Shown one piece after another: positions 51,496 to 60,258 of a DNA stretch of 64,000 nucleotides. Positions within the stretch are counted from its first letter, which is position 1. Every line of letters starts with the position of its first letter. A program made the translations under genes and the position numbers. The notes under the pieces are model-generated. The model saw only the letters and a list, made by a program, of their open reading frames with translations, did not search any database and was not told where the DNA came from. Origin of the DNA: an uncultured virus (IMG/VR IMGVR_UViG_3300027963_000042) (Duplodnaviria; Heunggongvirae; Uroviricota; Caudoviricetes); IMG/VR virus record IMGVR_UViG_3300027963_000042, positions 62,001 through 126,000 of that record. One strand, written 5' to 3'.

Positions 51496-51528
51496 AAAAA
51501 CCCCGATCTTTATTAAAATCGGGGTTTT
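51496..51528 (-). terminator. Rho-independent terminator
   Basis: AAAACCCCGAT...ATCGGGGTTTT hairpin directly after the 825-aa gene. Confidence 0.85.
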
Positions 51529-51530
51529 AT

Positions 51531-54008
51531 TTATTTTGCGTCAATGTTGACGCATTTAAAAGGTGATTGCTGGGGTATCTCATCGAATGAAGTTGAATTC
51601 ATTCTTTTAACGTGTGTTGCTATGCTAGGATAAATGTCAGCAGCTATATAATAGCAGTTATTACCTAGTATGTTTTTTATTCCACTATCAGACCCTTTCA
51701 TGTTACTCAATGTACCAATTCCCTCAAGTGCAGATGACACCTGTCTTTTTGAAGTTGTTTTCCTTTTCTTAATATCATCATACTCACCTACAATGATTTT
51801 AGATCCTGCATAAGTTAATAAAGGTCCGCTGTCCGAGTCATCTTCAGTTAGACCAAATATACTATCCTTAGATATTCTTTTAGCTGTAGAAGATCCTAAA
51901 ACATTATCATTAATCCATTTTATACAGCTTACAAATTTGCTTCCATCGAAGGTAACACAGTTAGCTATCATTACGAGGAAGTTGTTGATAGCAACAAATT
52001 CTTCCTTACCTAAATCTGGGCTTCTGTCACTTTTTTGTAAAGCAATATTGAAAGCTCTAGATATATCGCTCTTAAGATTATCATAATCAATAAAAGGAAT
52101 TTCTTTATTCTTGATAGACGATTCCATCATTTCAAAAGGTCCGGAAAGATCTAGATCATCATTATCTGAATTTTTATTAATTAATTGTTTTATACCATCA
52201 TATCTAAACTGGGGTCTAATCATACCAAATGTTGTCCAGCCTTTAAGATAATTTCTAAGAAATTCCGTTGCGTCTTCGTTACCTAGTGTTTTAATCTGTC
52301 TAGTCTCTGCCCATTTATTCCAGTTGCATGGGGTTTTTAATGACGATGACCCTAGGTTGATATTATAAACTGCACCTTTAGCAAAAAAGTATGAAAATTC
52401 TTCCGCTGGTTTAGCTTTATCTAAAGCTAAATTCCAATCTTTTATAAATTCTGTGCTGTAGGATGATTTAAGAGATCCGTCCTGCTTAACAAAATCCTCA
52501 GACTCCACTTTTATATTATACTCAGATCTAAGCTTTTTAGCTAATCCCCGTACTCCTGACGCTGATTTTGCATCAGATGATCCAGATGATTTTTCTGGAG
52601 ATGCTATTGCTACTTGAGCTTTGTATTGAACAGCTAGCTCCTTTTCGAAGTCAGAATTGTTGATAATGATTTTACCCTCATTAACACTAGAGAATAATTC
52701 AGAAATACTTTTAACATATCCTGAATTAGATGTGCTCTCATGCATTTTTGTTCCTATCATGTGCAAAGCTGCATTAATGGCTTTCCTATTCTTAGCTGAA
52801 ACCCAATCAGAAGCAATTATATCAGTTAACAATGCTTGGTCTATCTGACCACTTGCATTTTTATTACCTGATAATTTTTGGATAGTTGAGATAACAGAAG
52901 TTGTAGCTGGGCCATATTTTCCATTAGGACCTCCTTTAGATTTTATCAGCTTACCTGCAGAAGTTATACCGTCACAAAGTGCAGTTTGAATAGCAAAGAT
53001 TAATCCGCTTCCTTTTATCTTCTTATCAGAATCTGAATCCCCTCTTTTTAAAGGAAAAATAGCTTTAGCAGTTTCTACTTCTTTAACCTCATTTTCATCC
53101 TTGATAACCCTAACCGCTATTCCATACTGTGTCTTTGCTCTAGTCATAAGATCTAGTGCTTGACTAACTAAATTAGTAACATCAGAATATGTTGTATAAA
53201 CTTCTTCATCATCCTCTAATTTTTGTAAAGACCTATTTGCTGTTTGGATCATAGTGTTGTTAAATTCTTCTTGGAATTTATCAACTTGCTTTTCTAATTC
53301 TTCAAGCATTTTTCTATCCTTGTCGCCACCATCTGTATTATCTAAAGTCTTTCTCTTCTCGTCAAGATCTAAAAATGTTCTTTTCCAATCCCTTCCGTAT
53401 CCTGATTTTTGATCTTTACCCTCAGAAGAACTTATTAAATTAGTAAGTAATTTTTTTAGATTATCAACTCTTCTTTTATACCCAGTGAAAATAGATTCAT
53501 TTAGTATATCATCAAATTCAAATCCTTCGCTGTCATTTAGCTTTTCAGCTTCTTCTTCTGCTTGTTTAGCTATATTGTCTATAGAATTCTGAAGTTTAGT
53601 TGTAGCCATCTTAAACTGCTTAAATATAACATCATCTTTAGATTTAGAAATTTCCGAAGTCCTATCAAGTGCTTCAGCAAATTTATATAAGCTCTCTAGA
53701 TACAGTCTTTTAGCTTCAGCATATTTAGAATTTGCTAGATCATTATCGTCTGCGTAGTCGATCAATTTAGCGGTTAAAGATTTTACAGTTTTAGAACTTG
53801 CAACATCAGAAAGCTTAAGTCTAATAACATCGGGATTTCTATCTCTCTTAGGAGCTAGGTCAAAGGTTAATATCTTGAAAGCATTCAAAGCATTATCGCA
53901 AACCTTAACAAGCAAAGAATCTACTTGTTCATTTTCTAATAGCTTACTATAATACCCTTCTAATAGCTGTTTAGCTACCTGATTGTGAATATATGGATTA
54001 TTGTTCAT
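51531..54008 (-). CDS. Probable internal head/ejection protein with a peptidoglycan-binding-like domain
   Basis: Coiled coils, LLE/LNE/VNE sites, and PLKRGD..IFAIQTAL..NGKYGPATTSVISTIQK..G..SGQID, which is PG_binding_1-like. Confidence 0.6.
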   Translation of the reverse strand: MNNNPYIHNQVAKQLLEGYYSKLLENEQVDSLLVKVCDNALNAFKILTFDLAPKRDRNPDVIRLKLSDVASSKTVKSLTAKLIDYADDNDLANSKYAEAKRLYLESLYKFAEALDRTSEISKSKDDVIFKQFKMATTKLQNSIDNIAKQAEEEAEKLNDSEGFEFDDILNESIFTGYKRRVDNLKKLLTNLISSSEGKDQKSGYGRDWKRTFLDLDEKRKTLDNTDGGDKDRKMLEELEKQVDKFQEEFNNTMIQTANRSLQKLEDDEEVYTTYSDVTNLVSQALDLMTRAKTQYGIAVRVIKDENEVKEVETAKAIFPLKRGDSDSDKKIKGSGLIFAIQTALCDGITSAGKLIKSKGGPNGKYGPATTSVISTIQKLSGNKNASGQIDQALLTDIIASDWVSAKNRKAINAALHMIGTKMHESTSNSGYVKSISELFSSVNEGKIIINNSDFEKELAVQYKAQVAIASPEKSSGSSDAKSASGVRGLAKKLRSEYNIKVESEDFVKQDGSLKSSYSTEFIKDWNLALDKAKPAEEFSYFFAKGAVYNINLGSSSLKTPCNWNKWAETRQIKTLGNEDATEFLRNYLKGWTTFGMIRPQFRYDGIKQLINKNSDNDDLDLSGPFEMMESSIKNKEIPFIDYDNLKSDISRAFNIALQKSDRSPDLGKEEFVAINNFLVMIANCVTFDGSKFVSCIKWINDNVLGSSTAKRISKDSIFGLTEDDSDSGPLLTYAGSKIIVGEYDDIKKRKTTSKRQVSSALEGIGTLSNMKGSDSGIKNILGNNCYYIAADIYPSIATHVKRMNSTSFDEIPQQSPFKCVNIDAK

Positions 54009-54022
54009 AATTTATTAATCTT

Positions 54023-54295
54023 TTAGTATATATTTTCTTTAGGCCCAGCAGCATCCTTACCCGTATTGTTCTTTTGTATTTCAGCTGAAAGCGTTTTCAT
54101 CAAAACCGATATTTCCTGATATATTCCAGCCTGTTGGTTTATACTTGCTATCTCTGAAGCAGTATCTCCAGGTTTTTTAGAATTCTTAGCATTTTTAATT
54201 GCATCAAATTTTTGGGAAAGAGTTGTTTTTATTCCCTGTATTTTGGTCTCCCCGCTGTCTTCCTCGTTAATAACGAATTCTCTATATTTAAGCAT
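54023..54295 (-). CDS. Small probable internal head protein (likely start MLKYREF...)
   Basis: Leader MLKYREFVINE-E closely resembles the T4 IPII/IPIII leader MKTYQEFIAE. Confidence 0.6.
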   Translation of the reverse strand: MLKYREFVINEEDSGETKIQGIKTTLSQKFDAIKNAKNSKKPGDTASEIASINQQAGIYQEISVLMKTLSAEIQKNNTGKDAAGPKENIY

Positions 54296-55223
54296 ACTTT
54301 CTAGCAATTGTTATTTTAGATCTTAGATCTCTTATCTCATCCATATACTTCTCTCTAATCTCCTTTATTCTTTTAGAAGCTAGTTCTCTTGCTTGATCCG
54401 GACTGGCTGAATTTTCAACTTCTTTATTTAGGATGTCCCTTTCCATATCCATAGCAACATATCTGTCGTTCCTCTCTTTTAAAAGGAAAGAAACAAGTTT
54501 TTTTCCTTGAGCTGGAACGTATTCTTTTATAGCATTTGTAAATTCGACTAAAGGAAGTTTAGCTATGAATTCAAACGAGGCATCGCTTTCATTCCCTGAT
54601 TTAGTATAATTATCTGGACCTGATGTTGATTTAGTTGATCCTGATTTATCCTTAAATCTCTCCCCTGCTTCAATGTCTTTAGTCATCAGGTTTCCGTACT
54701 TATTTCTGAAGTCAATATCTTTCTGCTTAGCTTTTAATAATGCTGCTTTATATTTAGAGTATAATGATCCAGAAAGCGAAGAATCTGCTAGGTTTTTAGC
54801 TCTCTTATACATCTCCTCAGCTATATCAGCATCAACTTTTGTTTTAAGCTTTTCCCAATATATTCTAACTCTTTTATTATCGCTTATGACATCTCTAACC
54901 TTAGTGAATATGCTTTCCGTCTTCTTCTCGTGAGATCTAGACTGAGCATCCATTAACTCATTATTTCTTTGAATCAAACGATCGATTCTTTTTATCTCTG
55001 CAGGATCGCTTTTGGTTTGGGATCTTTCCAGATCTAACTTATCAATCTCCACGTTAATATCTTCCCATTTTTCAACATATTCAAGCTCTGCTGATCTGTA
55101 CTCATTAGCTAATTTATCTAGTGATTCTATACTTCCACCAAAAGTTCCACTTAGCCAGTTTTTTATAGTGTCGAATATGCCAGCTTCATTTAAGCTGTCC
55201 CATTCTTTAAATTTTAAAGTCAT
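54288..55223 (-). CDS. Probable internal head protein, coiled coil
   Basis: MTLKFKEWDSLNE-AGIFDTIKNWL; paralog of the upstream gene. Confidence 0.6.
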   Translation of the reverse strand: MTLKFKEWDSLNEAGIFDTIKNWLSGTFGGSIESLDKLANEYRSAELEYVEKWEDINVEIDKLDLERSQTKSDPAEIKRIDRLIQRNNELMDAQSRSHEKKTESIFTKVRDVISDNKRVRIYWEKLKTKVDADIAEEMYKRAKNLADSSLSGSLYSKYKAALLKAKQKDIDFRNKYGNLMTKDIEAGERFKDKSGSTKSTSGPDNYTKSGNESDASFEFIAKLPLVEFTNAIKEYVPAQGKKLVSFLLKERNDRYVAMDMERDILNKEVENSASPDQARELASKRIKEIREKYMDEIRDLRSKITIARKYA

Positions 55224-55225
55224 AC

Positions 55226-56374
55226 TTAGTTGTTTAGTTTATCTTTTGCAGTTCTTAATTTACTGGCGTCAATATTACCCGAAGGAGTAACGAATACATC
55301 AGAAATTATTTTCTTAGTTCCTGAGTTTGCATCTTCACCATCAGCTATTCCTTGATTTATCATATTAGTTAACTTTGTGAACTCTTGCTCCTTGCTTAAT
55401 GTCTTATCTATATCAGATTCAGTTTTGCCTAGATTCCTGAATAATTTTAATAGATTTTTCTTAGAATCCAAAGCTGAGCTAAGTTCAAGTAATTCAATCT
55501 TAGATTTTTCTATGTAAGATTTGCTAACCTTATCAGGATTAGCACCTATTCTTTTCTCCAATACTGTTAACTTTCTCTCGATATTTGCTCTTAAATCAGC
55601 AATATCTTTTTCAAGTTCCTTTTTTCTCTCGATGATATCTTTTCCTCTTCTCCCCGCAACCTTTTTCTTTTCCTTTTCCGAATCTAAGGAAAGGTCCTCC
55701 GTATCGGGTCCATTATCCTTCTTTTCTTCTTCCGATTTTTTATCCATTTGATCTTTCAGATTCTGAGCTTTCTCTTCTGCTTCTTTCTTTTTAGCATTAA
55801 TCTTATCCTGAAACTTCTTGATGTCTACGTCGTCAGCTTTATCTCTAGCCAATTTATATTCAAGTTCAGCTAATGCAATTTCATCGTCTGCTCTTCCTGC
55901 CTCGTAATACTCCCTCCTTCTAGTGTTATTATCAATAACCTTAGAGACGAAATCTTTTGCTTTTTTTATCTTAAGTGAATGCGACTTAATGAAAGTTTCA
56001 AACTCTTTTGTTTTAACTTCCCTTTCTCTTTCGACAGAGCTTATTTTTCCCTTGTCGTTTATTGAACTCAAACCATCTATTTCAGATTCTAGTTTTTCAA
56101 TATTTTCTTCGAAATTTGCTCTTTTCTCGATAGCATCAATTTCTAAATCTACAAGAAGCTTTCTTGCCTTATCGATCATTCCTACCCTAGATAAAGAGCC
56201 TAAGAAAAACTTAGAAAGTGAATTTTTAAGGTAGTCTCCGAAGATGCCTTCGTTTACTGTGTGATTAGGTTCTGATCTTTCTAGGGAAGCAAACTCCTCA
56301 CTAAGTTCACGGTCTACAGTTTCTATCAGAGACTCGTATTTTTTAAAATCATTAAAAGATGGTAGATTCTTCAT
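55226..56374 (-). CDS. Probable internal head protein, coiled coil
   Basis: MKNLPSFNDFKKYESLIE...VNE-GIFGDYLKNSL. Confidence 0.6.
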   Translation of the reverse strand: MKNLPSFNDFKKYESLIETVDRELSEEFASLERSEPNHTVNEGIFGDYLKNSLSKFFLGSLSRVGMIDKARKLLVDLEIDAIEKRANFEENIEKLESEIDGLSSINDKGKISSVEREREVKTKEFETFIKSHSLKIKKAKDFVSKVIDNNTRRREYYEAGRADDEIALAELEYKLARDKADDVDIKKFQDKINAKKKEAEEKAQNLKDQMDKKSEEEKKDNGPDTEDLSLDSEKEKKKVAGRRGKDIIERKKELEKDIADLRANIERKLTVLEKRIGANPDKVSKSYIEKSKIELLELSSALDSKKNLLKLFRNLGKTESDIDKTLSKEQEFTKLTNMINQGIADGEDANSGTKKIISDVFVTPSGNIDASKLRTAKDKLNN

Positions 56375-56400
56375 TACAAAACAATACTTTTTTTATATTG

Positions 56401-56408
56401 TATATATC
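56401..56408 (-). promoter_or_regulatory. Putative late promoter GATATATA
   Basis: 26 nt upstream of 56374, just after the capsid terminator. Confidence 0.7.
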
Positions 56409-56441
56409 CAATTGGAATTTTTATTCTTAACCAGGAAGCAC

Positions 56442-56472
56442 AAAAAAACCCTAGGATAAATCCTAGGGTTTT
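56442..56472 (-). terminator. Rho-independent terminator after the major capsid gene
   Basis: AAAACCCTAGGA-TAAA-TCCTAGGGTTTT, with a T7 run on the minus strand. Confidence 0.9.
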
Positions 56473-56490
56473 AATTATGCGTGAGTTAGA

Positions 56491-58212
56491 TTATGCTAAA
56501 CCACCAGCAGGTACGTTAACAAAGAATGTTAAGTACATAGTTTCAGGTAACATACCAGCTTCAACTAATGCGTATCTAGATTTAACTGCGATCTTAGGTG
56601 ACATTGTTCCTTCAGAGATAGTCTGAATAGACTCTGCCATCATGTAAGGCATAAATTTGATACCTGGTTCATCGTCTCCACCTTTTCTTCCAACTAATAC
56701 TCTTGTATCACTGTAGCTCATGTTTTGATCAACATATACAGTCATACCAGCAAGCGAACCTACAGGGTATAAAGTACCATTGTTTTGAGTTAAAGTGTTA
56801 GAGAATGGTGCGAAAGTGAATTGAGAGATATCTTGAAGTGCACTTGCAACTGCAGCGTTTGTAACGATGAAGTTAGCAGGACCTCTTCTACCTCTGTTAG
56901 CTACCACGTTACCAGCTGCAAGAATTCTTGAGAATAATCTTCTTTGTAAAGTTGATAAGTTCTCATATCCTCCTGATGCAGGACCTGCAGGGATTACCAT
57001 TGTAGATGTAGTGTCGTCTTTCTTAACGTAAGCAGCTGTAGTTCCAGCACCACCACCAATAACTAAGTTAAGGTTAAGGTTTTGGTTTTCTACGCTTAAG
57101 AATTGTACGTGGTTAGACCATCCTAAAGCAAATGATCTTGAAAGGATGTGTTTGTTGATTGCTTGAGAAACCTCATTAACCAATGCGTTCTCGATCATTG
57201 AAATAACATCGATACCGAATTGTTTGTTAAGATCCTGAATTTGCTCAGTTGTAACTGAAGCAGCAACTTGGAAAGTTTCAGCTTCTACGAACTTAGTGAA
57301 AGTCGAAAGACCCATTGAGTTGTAGTAAGTAGATTCTCCAACACCTCTTAACATTGGGTTGTAAGTTTTAGTACCATCAACGTAAGGACCTTGGTAAGCA
57401 TCGGTATTGTTAAATCCTGCTCCAGAGAAACCTTGGATATGATCTTCTAAAGCTTTAACTAATTGTGCAGTTCCAGCTGAGTTTTGAGTGTAGAATCCTG
57501 ATCCACCAGCTCCAGTAACTACTTGTACAGGAGTACCGTTGAAGTAAGAAGCAACGTTAGAACCTGATGCTAAAGCAGTGATTTGGAAGATAGGGAAACC
57601 ATCAATTCTTGATAGACCTACGAAAGTTAAAAGTAAAGTGCTGCTTACAGAAGCAGTAGCACCTACTGTGAAAGTTCCGGCAGTAGCACCAGTAGCACCA
57701 GGAGTACCTGCAGCAGTTTGGTAAACTGGGAATTTAATCATTGAAGGAGCAGAAGCTAACTGATCAGCAGCTGAACTAGCAGCAGCAGCAGCTACTTTAC
57801 CACCTGCGTATACGTAGTCTAAGTAAGACAGAATACCAGTTGGACCTGACATAGGGATAACAGGAACGATATCAAAACCTACAGTCTTCGCAGCTACCTG
57901 AATAGCTAATGGAAGTAATGAAGGGAATTTATCGCCTGAACCTTGCCAAGTGTTGTTGTAAAAACCAGCGTTTGCGCCAGTTGTTAAAGCAGCAGCACCA
58001 CCAAATGATGCTCCTGGGAATGCTGGAGGAGCAACAGTACCCATACCGTTTACTACGCCTAGTGAGTTGTATGCACCAGCAGATTCATTTAATGAATGGT
58101 AATGACAATATTTAGTCAACCATCCTTTTTTGTTCTCGTCTGTGATACCAGCCTTGCTCTCAATAAGAGGTGACCAGGTTTCATAGATTTCTTGTTCGTT
58201 TATCAATTTCAT
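56491..58212 (-). CDS. gp23: Major capsid protein, T4 gp23-like
   Basis: W.PLIE N-terminus, DIVPVIPMSGPTG, EQIQDLNKQFGID, NEVSQAINK, RRGPANFIV, GSLAGMTVYVD, PY...SPKIAVKSRY; strongly biased codons. Confidence 0.92.
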   Translation of the reverse strand: MKLINEQEIYETWSPLIESKAGITDENKKGWLTKYCHYHSLNESAGAYNSLGVVNGMGTVAPPAFPGASFGGAAALTTGANAGFYNNTWQGSGDKFPSLLPLAIQVAAKTVGFDIVPVIPMSGPTGILSYLDYVYAGGKVAAAAASSAADQLASAPSMIKFPVYQTAAGTPGATGATAGTFTVGATASVSSTLLLTFVGLSRIDGFPIFQITALASGSNVASYFNGTPVQVVTGAGGSGFYTQNSAGTAQLVKALEDHIQGFSGAGFNNTDAYQGPYVDGTKTYNPMLRGVGESTYYNSMGLSTFTKFVEAETFQVAASVTTEQIQDLNKQFGIDVISMIENALVNEVSQAINKHILSRSFALGWSNHVQFLSVENQNLNLNLVIGGGAGTTAAYVKKDDTTSTMVIPAGPASGGYENLSTLQRRLFSRILAAGNVVANRGRRGPANFIVTNAAVASALQDISQFTFAPFSNTLTQNNGTLYPVGSLAGMTVYVDQNMSYSDTRVLVGRKGGDDEPGIKFMPYMMAESIQTISEGTMSPKIAVKSRYALVEAGMLPETMYLTFFVNVPAGGLA

Positions 58213-58235
58213 GATTTTAGTTGTTTTTTTTGTTT

Positions 58236-60200
58236 TTATCTTTTTGGAAATTTTTGCTCAAGTGCAGAAGCAATATAATTCATATAATCTGAAGAATATC
58301 CTTGTGGTTTTGCAGTCTCGGCTACATTTTCACTCTCGTCAAGTTTTTGTACTCCAACTGTTTTAGCTCCAAGCTGACGTGTTGACCAGAAATTTTTGAT
58401 CTGATAAGGTGTATCTAAATTATAGAAGTTTGACTGAGCAACAATTGATTGCTGATGTCCTTCAGATAAAGATTCCCATACCGGAGCATATTCTGCTGGC
58501 ATTTGGTCAATAAACTTAAGACCTGTTTTAGAGGTGTCTTCTGACTCGTTAAGAGTTGTTTCGTTAGCCTTTTGTGTTTCGGCTGATGTTCTTACTGCTT
58601 TAGCAGCTTCGTTGATATTTGAAGCGGTTTTTTGTGTCTTAACCGATTCTATTAATGAATCAATCTGTGAAGTTAGGTTCTCGTAGTTTCCAGCAAAGCC
58701 AGATTCGTTAAGACCTGCTTCTGCAGATAGATTTACATTTTCTATTAATGATTGCGTAGATCCTACAGGCAATTTGTTAGCAACTGATTCTGCAATATAC
58801 TCACTGTAAGCAATACCTTTGTTTAATTTCTCCGCAATGTATTCTGAATAATCTAATCCTTTATTAACATTCTCTGCTAAATAATCAGAGTACTCAATGT
58901 TTTTGTTTAGATTCTCTGCAATGTATTCAGTGTATTCGATTCCGTTGTTTAATTTTTCTGCAACGTACTCAGTGTAAGCAATACCTTTATCTAAGCTTTC
59001 GCCAAGATATTCTGAATAAGCAATACCTTTATCTACGTTTTCTGCTAGATACTCAGAATATTGAACGCTTTGATCTAATTTTTCTGCTAGGTATTTAGAA
59101 TACTCGATGTTCTTATCTACGCTCTCAGCTACATACTCTGAATAAGAAATAGATTTGTCAACATTCTCAGCTAGATATTTAGCATAAGAAATATTTTTGT
59201 CTAGATTTTCAGCTAAATATTTACTGTAGCTAATATTGCTATCTAAGTTTTCTGCAAGATATTCGCCATACTTAATAGAATCTTCTAAATTCTCAGCTAA
59301 ATATTCTGCATATTTTTCAAGCTTAGCAACTCTTTCCTCAAGAGCATCATTAGCTTTACTTAAATCTTCGGATTCGCTTAGCGATGTTTTTTGGGTTTTA
59401 GCCTCTGCGATAGCTGCTTTCATCGAATCCATTTCTTTTTTCAAGAATACTGAATACTGATTAAGCTCCTCCGCAGTAACAAATTCATTGTTCTCCATAA
59501 GGACTGATTTATTTTTATTGTCTGATTTATTCACGATTTTGTTGAATTCTTCGTTATTTTCAACTTTATATATCTTCAGTGAAGATTCTTTTTCGATACC
59601 TAAAGATTCATTTAAGCATTCTAATGAATTTAATATGCTATTATTTTTCATTGCTTGAAAATATTGAGATGTAAACCCTTCACTCTCATATACTCTTTCA
59701 AGCTGAGCATCCTTAAATCCAGGATCTGCTACTAGATCATAGGTAAAAATTTTCTTAATCGCCACCTTCTTATCGTTGCCAACGGATCCAGCTGCTCTTG
59801 AAGAAATAGAAAGAGGAACACCAGCATCTACTAGATTCTTAGCTATTCTACCCGCTGGGGTATCAAGAAGCTTAACCTTAATTTTAAGATCCCTATTGCT
59901 TTTGTCGTAGTTAAGATCTGTCACCATATGTGAGATATTCTTAAGTGATACGTCAAATTTCTCCGGATGATCTAATTCTCCAACTAGTCTATTCTGAGAT
60001 ATCTTATCTTTTAAATAATCTAGGTGAGGTAGATATTCGCTCTCTTCGTAAATTCTATTGTTGTTGTTCTCTTTACCGAAAACAGCAGCAATACCTTCCA
60101 GAACGTAATCATCTTTATCAGACTTTTTAGCTTCTAGAACGGAATTCTGTCTTTCGAGGATGAATACCATGTTTTCGTTTATTGATTGCAGTTGTGGCAT
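58236..60200 (-). CDS. gp21: Prohead protease (gp21-like) fused to a scaffold/core domain
   Basis: LEGIAA...NNNNRIY, GELDHP, ISH, LLDTPAGRI, ISSRAAGSV, TYDLVADPGF; C-terminal repeat and coiled-coil region. Confidence 0.9.
   Translation of the reverse strand: MPQLQSINENMVFILERQNSVLEAKKSDKDDYVLEGIAAVFGKENNNNRIYEESEYLPHLDYLKDKISQNRLVGELDHPEKFDVSLKNISHMVTDLNYDKSNRDLKIKVKLLDTPAGRIAKNLVDAGVPLSISSRAAGSVGNDKKVAIKKIFTYDLVADPGFKDAQLERVYESEGFTSQYFQAMKNNSILNSLECLNESLGIEKESSLKIYKVENNEEFNKIVNKSDNKNKSVLMENNEFVTAEELNQYSVFLKKEMDSMKAAIAEAKTQKTSLSESEDLSKANDALEERVAKLEKYAEYLAENLEDSIKYGEYLAENLDSNISYSKYLAENLDKNISYAKYLAENVDKSISYSEYVAESVDKNIEYSKYLAEKLDQSVQYSEYLAENVDKGIAYSEYLGESLDKGIAYTEYVAEKLNNGIEYTEYIAENLNKNIEYSDYLAENVNKGLDYSEYIAEKLNKGIAYSEYIAESVANKLPVGSTQSLIENVNLSAEAGLNESGFAGNYENLTSQIDSLIESVKTQKTASNINEAAKAVRTSAETQKANETTLNESEDTSKTGLKFIDQMPAEYAPVWESLSEGHQQSIVAQSNFYNLDTPYQIKNFWSTRQLGAKTVGVQKLDESENVAETAKPQGYSSDYMNYIASALEQKFPKR
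58770..59315 (-). repeat. In-frame 42-bp (14-aa) tandem repeat x13
   Basis: Consensus xYSEYLAENLDKxI; 546 bp = 13 x 42. Confidence 0.95.
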
Positions 60201-60227
60201 GTTTTTATACTACTTTTTTATGTTTAT

Positions 60228-60235
60228 TATATATC
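60228..60235 (-). promoter_or_regulatory. Putative late promoter GATATATA for the protease-capsid operon
   Basis: 27 nt upstream of 60200. Confidence 0.7.
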
Positions 60236-60258
60236 GACAGAAAAAATTATTTTTTTGC

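Noticed and set aside
58770..59315. Possible CRISPR or other non-coding repeat
   Set aside because: 42-bp in-frame protein repeat inside the protease-scaffold ORF.
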